From Candidatus Eiseniibacteriota bacterium (GTDB lineage Bacteria > Eisenbacteria > RBG-16-71-46), in NCBI GenBank assembly GCA_044223005.1, contig JBGAML010000002.1, positions 64,001-128,000 on the forward strand: a stretch of DNA of 64,000 nucleotides, read 5' to 3'. This document shows positions 9,286 through 17,780 of the stretch, one piece after another; within the stretch, counting starts at the first letter, position 1, and every line of letters starts with the position of its first letter. The position numbers and the translations under genes are program-made. The notes beneath the pieces are model-generated. The model made no database searches. It had not been told where the DNA came from and worked only from the letters and a program-made list of their open reading frames with translations.

Positions 9286-10636
9286 CTCGACCGCCAGCTC
9301 GAGCACCTCCACCGTCCGGATGGCCAGGCCGTGGATCTCGGCTACGAGAGCGGGACCGGGCGGCTGGTCTCCGTGACCCAGCCGCGGGGCACCTCGAGCC
9401 TGACGTACGTCCCGGGCCCGGGCGGCAATGGCGCCGGGCACGTGCAGAGCTTGAGCTCACCGGATGGTGTCGGGCTCACGTTCGGCTACGACGGCAGCCT
9501 GCCGACCTCCGAGGCGTGGGACTTCGGCGGCGGCGTGACCGGCTCCGTCGGCTACGCGTTCGACGAGAACTTCTGGCCCACCTCCCAGACCGTCCAGGGC
9601 TCCACCGGCGCAGCGAGCACGCTCACCTACGACTTCGATGACGACGGCCTGGTGAAGGTCGCCGCGGTGAGCGGCGGGCCCGCGCTGGGCCTGACGCCCG
9701 ATCCGACCACCTCCCTGCTCGACAGCATGCGTGTCGCCGGCGTGCAGACTCGTTACGCCTACAACCCCTACGCCGAGCTGACTTCGACGGCGACGTGGGT
9801 CGGCTCCGACACGCTTTACGCGGCCACCTATGAGCGCGACGACCTGGGACGAATCACCCGCATCGTCGAGACGACTGACGGCACCACCACCGATCGCGGC
9901 TACGCTTACCACGACCGTGGCTGGCTCATCGGAGTGCGGGATTCGATCGGCCACGTCATGCTGGGCAGCTACGCCTACGACCTGAACGGTAACGACACCC
10001 TCGCCGTGGACGACCGGGGCTCACGCAGCGGCCACTACGACGAGCAGGATCGCCTGACCGCGCTCGGCGATGCCACATTCCGCTACACCGCCGCCGGCGA
10101 GCGCATCTCACGCACCGTGGGCAGCGACAGCGTCACGACGACCTACGACCTGCTCGGCAACCTGACGAAGGTCAAGCTCGCGAACGGGGACAGCATCGAG
10201 TACCGGGTGGACGGCAAGAACCGCCGCGTGGCCCGGTTGCTCAACGGCACGCTGACGGCCCGCTGGCTCTACGGCAACGATCTCGCCGTGGTGGGCGAGC
10301 TCGATGGCTCGGGCGCGCTGGTGAAGAGATTCGTGTACGCCAGTTCGAGCCACGTGCCGGACCTGATGATCGTGCGCAATCCCTCCGGCCCCGACAGCAC
10401 GTACCGGATCGTCGCCGACCAGGTTGGCAGCGTGCGGCTGGTGGTGAACGCTAGCACCGGCTGGGTGGCCCAGCGCATGGACTACGACGCCTGGGGCCAT
10501 GTGACGAACGACACGCGGCCGGGGTTCACGCCGTTCGGGTTCGCGGGCGGGCTCTACGATGCCGCGACCGGCCTCGTGCGCTTCGGGGCGCGGGACTACG
10601 ATGCGGATGCGGCGGTGTGGTGCAGCAGGGACCCAG
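9286..10636 (+). repeat. Rhs core duplication, copy 2
   Basis: Near-identical to 6920-8270. Confidence 0.9.
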
Positions 10637-11133
10637 TGAGTCTATCGGCAGGTTGCAATCTATACCAGTACTCGTTCAATCATCCCATTTGCGCTGTTGA
10701 TCCCGATGGACTCAATGTCATCGTCGAGACGCGGCCGGGTGTTCCGGGTGCCGGTCATATCGGATTTGGACCTGCCGACGGAGAAGATGACACCTATGGC
10801 TTCTACCCAAAGACCAAGAATATCGACAATCTTGGGGGAGCCCTGCCAACGCCAGGTATAGTTAGGCGCGACGCCGACTCACCATCGGGACATCTGGAAA
10901 TTCGCACAACATTGGAGGAAGACGCTGTTATCCTCGCCCTCCTTGAAGAACGCAAGCGGCGCCCCGGGAACTACGACCTTCTCGGCCATCGAGTTTGTAC
11001 AGATTTTGTTGCCGACATGGCCAGAGCAATAGGTATTCCCGTGCGAAGCTCGTGGACGATCACACCGAACGAACTGATGCGTCATCTCCGAGAGTACATA
11101 GACCGGCATCCGGAAAGGCAAGCGCGACGCTAG
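9286..11133 (+). pseudogene. Orphan Rhs core fragment with papain-like C-terminal toxin
   Basis: Similarity to copy 1 begins abruptly at 9286 with no convincing start; HPICAVDPDG motif; tip has GHIG...YGFYP...NYDLLGHRVCTDFV. Confidence 0.75.
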
Positions 11134-11193
11134 GAAATTGACGTCCGGCCGCACGTCGCGGCACCCCGCGCACGAAAGCACTGGAGCACCGAG

Positions 11194-11538
11194 ATGAGAA
11201 TAGGAATTTTGTTTGGAGTGGCAGCGGCCACGGCAATATATACCCTAATTACAATATTCGGAGAATATCATGGCATGTTCAATGTATGGTTTGCATTATG
11301 CTGGCTTCTGTGGCCCGCCCTGCCCGGGCTGGTGTTGGCATATACCGTGCCCGCGGTGACAACGCAATCGCTCGCCGTGGTGTCTGCTCTTGTGCTTCTC
11401 AATGGCCTGCTGTATGGGTCCATGTTGCTCGCGTGGAGGCGGGCCGGAACCAATCCGGGGATGAGGCGCCTCTGGTTGGCGGTTGTCATCGGATGGATCG
11501 TGTTTGTGATCGGACGCGCTGTCTGCGAAGCATGGTAA
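11194..11538 (+). CDS. Putative membrane immunity protein for Rhs tip 2
   Basis: 114 aa with about 4 TM segments; low GC; directly downstream of the toxin tip. Confidence 0.65.
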   Translation: MRIGILFGVAAATAIYTLITIFGEYHGMFNVWFALCWLLWPALPGLVLAYTVPAVTTQSLAVVSALVLLNGLLYGSMLLAWRRAGTNPGMRRLWLAVVIGWIVFVIGRAVCEAW

Positions 11539-11988
11539 TAGCGGTCCGTTCGTTAGAACATGGCGTATCGCCCATTTCGACGGCGAACTCGCGTGACGCT
11601 GTCGTAAGGCGTAGCGCAACGTGGGCAGGAAGACGCGGGCCGCGCTGGAGTTTCCCAGATCCTCGGACCACCGGTCGTAACAGGGGCTCCAGCGTGATGG
11701 GGGTGAATTGTGTGGAGTGTTGCAGCGCTCGCAAGTTCTGTTTCCGAGAGCATCGCGCTCCATCAGGGCTGGTTGAACGTGTTGGTCTGGATACTGGCAT
11801 TCGCGGGCTCTCAGACCCTCGCGTCTACGATGAAGCAACCATGCACACGTGTACCCGGATGATCAGACCGAATTGGGCGGGGCCAGCATTGTGGCCCTGA
11901 CGCGCTGGCGCGACGTCGCTCTCACTTCACCTGCGCACGCGAATCGCTAGACTGCGTCTCCGACCGTTTCCTCTCCCCGGAGGCGCCC

Positions 11989-13371
11989 ATGGCCCACGAA
12001 CCGTCCCTCGTCCGTCCCGAACTGCTGCGCGATGCCGCCGAGCGCGCGATCCGTTATCTCGGTGGGCTCGACGACCGACCGGTGCGTCCCGACCCGGCGT
12101 CGATCCCGGAGCTCGCGCGCCTGGCGGGCCCGCTGCCGGAGGGCCCCGGCGATGCGGCGGAGGCGCTGCGGCTGCTCGACGACGTGGGCTCGCCCGCGAC
12201 GATGGCCATGGCGGGCGCGCGCTTCTTCGGGTTCGTGATCGGCGCCGCGCTGCCCGCGACGGTCGCGGCGCAGTGGCTCGCGTCGGCGTGGGACCAGAAC
12301 ACGGGGCTCTGGGAGCCGACGCCCGCGACCTCGACGCTCGAGGCGATCGCGATGCGCTGGCTCGTCGAACTACTCGGGCTGCCGCCGGGGACCGATGGCG
12401 GGTTCGTGACCGGCGCGACGATGGCCAACTTCAGCGCGCTCGCCGCGGCACGGCACGAGGTGCTCACGGCCGCGGGATGGGACATCGAGGGGCGCGGGCT
12501 CTTCGGTGCGCCGGAGATCACGGTCGTGGTGGGCGCGGAGGCGCACCCGACGCTCTTCAAGTCGCTCGGGCTGCTGGGGCTCGGACGTTCGCGCGTCGTG
12601 CGCGTGCCGGTCGATGGACAGGGGCGCATGCGCGCCGACGCGCTGCCGGCGCTGAAGGGACCCACGATCGTGTGCATGCAGGCCGGCAACCTCAACACCG
12701 GCGCGTTCGATCCGTTCGAACCGGTGATCGCGCACGCGCACGCGCACGGTGCGTGGGTGCACGTCGACGGCGCGTTCGGGCTCTGGGCCGCCGCGACGCC
12801 CGCGCTCGCGCCGCAGGTGCGCGGGCTCGCGGGCGCGGATTCGTGGGCGACCGACGCGCACAAGTGGCTCAACACGCCGTTCGACTGCGGGCTCGCGTTC
12901 GTGCGCCGGCCCGACGCGCTGCGCGCCGCCATGGCGATCACGGCCGAGTACCTGCCCACCGAGACGCCGCACCGCAACCCGTCCGACCACACGCCGGAAC
13001 TCTCGCGCCGCGCGCGCGGCGTCGAGGTGTGGATGGCGCTCCGCACGCTGGGGCGTTCGGGCGTGGCCGAGATGATCGAGCGCTCGTGCCGCTGCGCGCG
13101 CCGCTTCGCGGAGAAACTGTCGGCGGCGGGCTACGAGATCGTGAACGACGTCGTGCTGAACCAGGTGCTGGTCGACTTCGGCGATCCCGACACCACGCGC
13201 CGCACGATCGCGGCGCTGCAGGCGGACGGCACGTGCTGGTGCGGCGGCACCGTGTGGCAGGGCCGCACCGCGATGCGTATCAGCCTCTCGGGCTGGGCGA
13301 CCACCGAGGCCGACGTGGACCGCAGCGTCGACGCGATGCTGCGGGCCGCGCGGGTCGCGGGGGCGAAGTGA
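11989..13371 (+). CDS. Group II PLP-dependent decarboxylase
   Basis: FFGFVIG; GGFVTGATMAN; WVHVDGAFG; DSWATDAHKW (PLP lysine); GGAGG RBS. Confidence 0.9.
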   Translation: MAHEPSLVRPELLRDAAERAIRYLGGLDDRPVRPDPASIPELARLAGPLPEGPGDAAEALRLLDDVGSPATMAMAGARFFGFVIGAALPATVAAQWLASAWDQNTGLWEPTPATSTLEAIAMRWLVELLGLPPGTDGGFVTGATMANFSALAAARHEVLTAAGWDIEGRGLFGAPEITVVVGAEAHPTLFKSLGLLGLGRSRVVRVPVDGQGRMRADALPALKGPTIVCMQAGNLNTGAFDPFEPVIAHAHAHGAWVHVDGAFGLWAAATPALAPQVRGLAGADSWATDAHKWLNTPFDCGLAFVRRPDALRAAMAITAEYLPTETPHRNPSDHTPELSRRARGVEVWMALRTLGRSGVAEMIERSCRCARRFAEKLSAAGYEIVNDVVLNQVLVDFGDPDTTRRTIAALQADGTCWCGGTVWQGRTAMRISLSGWATTEADVDRSVDAMLRAARVAGAK

Positions 13372-13850
13372 ACGCGCGGCGTCACGCGCTCGTGCCGGCG
13401 GCCGTGCTCGCGCTGGCGGTGGTCGCGGCCGCGCCGGCGCACGCCGCGCGTCCCGATGCGGCGGCCGACCGCGCGGCGGTCGCGGCGGCGATTGCACGCT
13501 ACGCCGAACTCACGCGCGCGATGGCGGACGATTCGCTGGGCGCGATGTTCCGCGCGGACGGCGAGCTGCTGCGCGAGGACGGCGCCGTGCTGCGCGGACC
13601 GTCGGAGGTGACGGGGTACCTGCGCACGTTCTCGGGCTTTCGCGTGGATTCGGCCGCCATGGTGCCGGACACGATCCTGGTGATGGGCGACGACGCGGAC
13701 GCGTGGGGGACCTTCGCCCAGGTCGTCTCGGTTCCCGATCACGGCACGGTGCACGCGCGCGGCCGCTTCGTGATCCAGTGGCGGCGCGAACGCGGCACGT
13801 GGCGCATCCGCCGCGCGCTCACGCAGTCGTTCGCGCGCCGCGAGCCGTGA
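13368..13850 (+). CDS. Exported SnoaL/NTF2-like (DUF4440) protein
   Basis: Signal peptide AVLALAVVAAAPAHA; GRFVIQWRRERGTWRI; GTGA overlap. Confidence 0.7.
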   Translation: MNARRHALVPAAVLALAVVAAAPAHAARPDAAADRAAVAAAIARYAELTRAMADDSLGAMFRADGELLREDGAVLRGPSEVTGYLRTFSGFRVDSAAMVPDTILVMGDDADAWGTFAQVVSVPDHGTVHARGRFVIQWRRERGTWRIRRALTQSFARREP

Positions 13851-14353
13851 CGCTCCCCGAGTTGCGCACGGCGCGGCTCGTGCTGGCGCCCGCGGTCGAT
13901 CCCGCGTGGGCGGACGCGCTCGCCGCGCTCACCGTCGCGACCGAGGGCGAGACCGGGCCGCCCTCCGAGGCGCGGCTCGCGCACGCGCGGCTCACGCTCG
14001 AGCGCTCGGCGCGCGGTTTCGCGAACGGCACGTTCGGCCTGTGGCTGCTCGCGCGGCCGGGCGAGACCGCGTGGCTCGGCTGGGCGGGCCTCAAGGCGGC
14101 CGACGATCCCGCGCGGCCCGAGCTGATGTACGGCCTGCACCCGGCGGCGCGCGGCGCGGGGCTCGCGACCGAAGCCGTGCGCGCGCTCGTCGCGCACGCG
14201 TTCGAGCGGCCCGGCGTGGTCGAGGTGTGGGGCGCGACGCGGCCGGAGAACGATCCGTCCGCGCGGGTGATGGCGGCGGCGGGCCTCGTGGAGGCCGAGC
14301 CGCGCGTGCTCGACGGCACGCGCTACCGGATCTTCACCGTCGCGCGCGCCTGA
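13847..14353 (+). CDS. RimJ/RimL-type GNAT acetyltransferase
   Basis: LRTARLVL; ELMYGLHPAARGAGLATEA; ENDPSARV. Confidence 0.8.
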   Translation: MTLPELRTARLVLAPAVDPAWADALAALTVATEGETGPPSEARLAHARLTLERSARGFANGTFGLWLLARPGETAWLGWAGLKAADDPARPELMYGLHPAARGAGLATEAVRALVAHAFERPGVVEVWGATRPENDPSARVMAAAGLVEAEPRVLDGTRYRIFTVARA

Positions 14354-14407
14354 ACCGCGAACGGGCCGCCCGGTGTGCCGGACGGCCCGCGCGGATCGCC
14401 GCGGCGC

Positions 14408-16483
14408 TCAGCGCGCCTTCGTGATCTCGTCCGCCAGCGCGTCCATGCGATAGATCTTCCGCAGCGCCTCGATCAGCGCGCGCGAGTCCACGGCCACGCA
14501 GCGCGACTGCGCGTCGGTGTAGCCGAACGTCCAGAGGAACGACTGGATGTTGCCGTCGAACACGAGCCCGACGTACTCGCCGTCGCGGTTCACGACCGGG
14601 CTGCCGGAGCTGCCGCCCACGATGTCGTCCGTGCACACGAAGTTGAGCGAGGTCGAGAGGTCCACGGCGTCCTTCGCGGCCGCCACCTTCTCGGGCAGCG
14701 CGAACGGCGGCCGGTTCCCGAACGAGAGCGCGCGGTCGTAGAGCCCGTAGAACGTGGTGTGCCACGGCACCTGCGTGGTGAGCTGCGTGTAGCCGGCGGC
14801 GCGGCCGTACGAGAGCCGCAGCGTGCCCGAGGCGTCGGGGTAGGCGTCGTGGCCGTCCAGCGCGAAGACCGCGCTCGCGATGTGGCCGCCCTCGAGCGAC
14901 TCGATGCCCTCGACGTGGTCCTCGAACCACTTCCGCTGCTCGCGGTACGGGCCGTCGAGCGCGCGCGCCCATACGATCAGCGGATCGGTCGACGCCTCCA
15001 CGCCCTTGCGGCCGGCATCGAGCAGCTGCTTGCGCACGGCGACGTCGGCGAGCGTCGTGCCCGAGACGAGCGCGTGCGCCACGTCCGACGGCGAGCGGCC
15101 GCCGAGCGCGGTCTTCACGAACGGATCGTCGGCGCCGAGCGAATCGAGGCACATCTGGAGATGTGCGGCGAGCACGAATTCCTCCATCGCCGGGTAGACC
15201 GGCGCGGGCGAGAGGAGCTGGAAGCGCTGCGACGAGAGGTTCGCGTCCTGGTATTCGCGGAAGCGCTTCTCGTTGGGCTTCTCGAGCTCGGCGGTCATGC
15301 GCACGAGGCCGTTCGCCACGTCGACCAGCCGCGACACGCGTGCGGTCTCGCGCAGCGTGCGGGCGCGGCCCATGGTGCTCAGGTCCTGCTCGGCGGCCGC
15401 GATGCGGTCCCACGCGGCGCCGTAGCGCGCCTGCAGATCCGGGTGCGTCGCGAGCCGCGCGCGCAGCGCGCCCTCGCTCGCGCGCCGCTTCGCGAGGAAC
15501 GCGGGATCGCCCAGGATCTCGAGAAAGCCGCGCTCGCGCTTGAGGTTGTTCTCGAGCCCGCGGTCGGCGCTCTTCGCCTGCCGCGCCTGCTCGGCGCCCA
15601 GCGCTTCGTAGCGGCGGTACGCGGCGAGCCGCAGCTCCTGCATGCGGATCCGCAGCGGCCGCTCGACGTCGCGCTCGTACTCGAACTGCGCCACGGTGCG
15701 GTTGCGGCTCGTGCGGCCGGGATTGCCGGCCACGAAGACGAGGTCGTCCTCCTTCGGTCCCGAGGCGCTCCAGCGCAGCCAGTGCTCGGGGTGCACGGGC
15801 TTGCCGTTCTCGTAGATGCGGAAGAACGCGAAGTCCAGGTCGTGGCGCGGGAACGAGAAGTTGTCCGGATCGCCGCCGAAGAACGCGATCGGTTCCTCGG
15901 GCGCGCACACGAGCCGCACCTCCTTGTAGGTGCGGTAGCGGTAGAGCCAGTACTCGCCGCCGTTGTAGAGCTCCACCGTCTCGGTCTTGAGCCCGGTCTT
16001 CCTCGTGGACTGCTCGGCCAGCCGGGCGAGCGCCGCCTTGCGCTGCTCGTTCTGCCTGTCGATCGGCGCCTTCGCGTCGATTCCCGCGTTGACCGCGGCC
16101 GTCACGTCCTCCATCGACCACAGCACCTTGAGCTCGAGGTCGGGGCAGGGCAGCTCCTCGGCGGCGGAACGCGCGAAGAAGCCGTCGCGCAGGTAGTCCT
16201 TGCCGGCGGAGGACAGCTTCGCCAGCTGGCTCATCGCGACGTGGTGGTTGGTGAGCACGAGCCCGTCGGGCGAAACGAACGCCCCCGAGCCGCCGCCGAA
16301 GTTGACCGAAGCGCGCTGCAGGTGCTCGGCCCATTCGCGGTTCGGCGTGAAGCCGTAGCGCCGCTGGAGCCTTTCGGCGGGGAGGTGATCGAACGTCCAC
16401 ATGCCTTCGTCGGCGAGCGCGGCCGTGGTGAGCACGCACGTCGCGGCGACGGCGATCAGGATCGGGAGGCGCATCGGGAACAT
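14408..16483 (-). CDS. S46 family dipeptidyl peptidase (DPP7/DPP11-like)
   Basis: Signal peptide then ADEGMW; TNHHV; FGGDPDNF; YPDASGTLRLSYG; DIVGGSSGSPV; FDGN. Confidence 0.9.
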   Translation of the reverse strand: MFPMRLPILIAVAATCVLTTAALADEGMWTFDHLPAERLQRRYGFTPNREWAEHLQRASVNFGGGSGAFVSPDGLVLTNHHVAMSQLAKLSSAGKDYLRDGFFARSAAEELPCPDLELKVLWSMEDVTAAVNAGIDAKAPIDRQNEQRKAALARLAEQSTRKTGLKTETVELYNGGEYWLYRYRTYKEVRLVCAPEEPIAFFGGDPDNFSFPRHDLDFAFFRIYENGKPVHPEHWLRWSASGPKEDDLVFVAGNPGRTSRNRTVAQFEYERDVERPLRIRMQELRLAAYRRYEALGAEQARQAKSADRGLENNLKRERGFLEILGDPAFLAKRRASEGALRARLATHPDLQARYGAAWDRIAAAEQDLSTMGRARTLRETARVSRLVDVANGLVRMTAELEKPNEKRFREYQDANLSSQRFQLLSPAPVYPAMEEFVLAAHLQMCLDSLGADDPFVKTALGGRSPSDVAHALVSGTTLADVAVRKQLLDAGRKGVEASTDPLIVWARALDGPYREQRKWFEDHVEGIESLEGGHIASAVFALDGHDAYPDASGTLRLSYGRAAGYTQLTTQVPWHTTFYGLYDRALSFGNRPPFALPEKVAAAKDAVDLSTSLNFVCTDDIVGGSSGSPVVNRDGEYVGLVFDGNIQSFLWTFGYTDAQSRCVAVDSRALIEALRKIYRMDALADEITKAR

Positions 16484-16673
16484 CCTGCCGGCTCAGCCGG
16501 CGGATCGGGGTCCGGTCGGCGGCGCGGCGAGGGGACCGCGGAGGCGCCCGCGGCGCGGGACGCGGACGCGAGCCTGCGACGAACGGGCGGACGCGGCAAC
16601 GCCGCACCCACGAACGCGTCCGGGCCGGGTACGAGCGTGGCGCTCGCCTCCGGCCCGGCGGCGGGACCGCGCG

Positions 16674-17072
16674 TCAGCCGACGGCGACGGTGCGGACCTC
16701 GAACACGGGCGGCGCCTCGAGATGACGCTTCACCTTGCACTGGTCGGCGGCGCGCACGAGGGCGGGGTAGTACTTCTCCGGGAAGTCCTTCGGGACCTGG
16801 ATGTCGATCTCGATCCGGTCGATGTGCCCGTTCTCGGGATTCGCGCGCGTGCGCTGCACGATCTTGATGCCGTCGGTCGGTAGCTGGCGCTGCTTGCAGA
16901 AGCCGAGCACGTAGATGCCCGCGCACGTGCCGATCGAGGCGAGGAACAGCGCGAACGGCGTCGGGGCCGAAGCTTCGCCGCCGCCCGTGGCCGGCTGATC
17001 GGTGGCGACGGTGAAGCCGCCGAACTGCGCATCCACCCGGGCACCGCCCGGGAACGTGATTTCCATGTCCAT
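16674..17072 (-). CDS. OsmC/YcaO-N-like protein
   Basis: TDQP...GG..SAPTPFALFLASIGTCAG...DQCKVKRHL; two conserved cysteines. Confidence 0.85.
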   Translation of the reverse strand: MDMEITFPGGARVDAQFGGFTVATDQPATGGGEASAPTPFALFLASIGTCAGIYVLGFCKQRQLPTDGIKIVQRTRANPENGHIDRIEIDIQVPKDFPEKYYPALVRAADQCKVKRHLEAPPVFEVRTVAVG

Positions 17073-17128
17073 CGCGTTCGTGTCCTTTCCACCGCGCGAC
17101 CGCGGCACCGATGAGACCCTTCCTCACC

Positions 17129-17161
17129 GTGGGTGCGGCGGGCGCGGCAAAGGATTCCGGG
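17129..17161 (-). promoter_or_regulatory. Putative ECF-sigma promoter for osmC (second copy of the motif)
   Basis: CCCGGAATCCTTTGCC-N9-GCACCCAC; blocks identical to 1909-1941. Confidence 0.65.
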
Positions 17162-17167
17162 GGCGGT

Positions 17168-17677
17168 TCAGCGCGTCGTGGCCGGGATTTCCGGCGCCGC
17201 GGTGGCCGCGTGCGCCGGTGGCGCCGGCTTGCCGGTGAGCAGGACGACGCCGCCCAGGATCATCGCGACGGCGAGCCCCTTGCGAAACGTCATCGGCTCC
17301 TTGAGCAACCACCACCCGAGCACCACCGCGACGGCGGGCGCGAGCGTGAACGCGACCGGCTTCACGCGCGAGATGTCGTCCAGGTTGAGCGCCATGTAGT
17401 AGCAGATCATCGCGATCCCGCCGGCCGTGAGGCCGGAGCCGAGGATGAAGCGCGCGAGATCGCCGCCCTCCAGCGCGCGCAGGCCCGCGCGTGGTTCCAT
17501 CCCCCAGCGCTGCACCACCACGTACCACGCCAGCCAGAGCAGCGGCAGCGCGATCGTGGACCGCCACGCGATCGCGGTGACGGGTCCGATCTTGTGCGTG
17601 TGCAGCACCATCTTGGTGCACAGCTCGCCCACGCCCCAGCACACGCCCGCCAGCACGGCGAGCATCATCGCTTTCAT
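17168..17677 (-). CDS. Small EamA/DMT-family membrane protein
   Basis: About 5 TM segments; YYMAL...DISRVKPV...LLKEPMT...GGVVL. Confidence 0.8.
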   Translation of the reverse strand: MKAMMLAVLAGVCWGVGELCTKMVLHTHKIGPVTAIAWRSTIALPLLWLAWYVVVQRWGMEPRAGLRALEGGDLARFILGSGLTAGGIAMICYYMALNLDDISRVKPVAFTLAPAVAVVLGWWLLKEPMTFRKGLAVAMILGGVVLLTGKPAPPAHAATAAPEIPATTR

Positions 17678-17780
17678 GGTTCGCCTCCTCGCCGCACGTC
17701 GCGGCCCATCAGAAGGCTAGCACCGGGGTGTCGCGCGACGGATCGCGCGCCACCCCGGCGGGAGCACGGTGCGCGGTCGC

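Noticed and set aside
13847..14353. GNAT as the microviridin N-acetyltransferase (MdnD)
   Set aside because: It lies 17 kb away in an unrelated operon and is RimJ/RimL-like.
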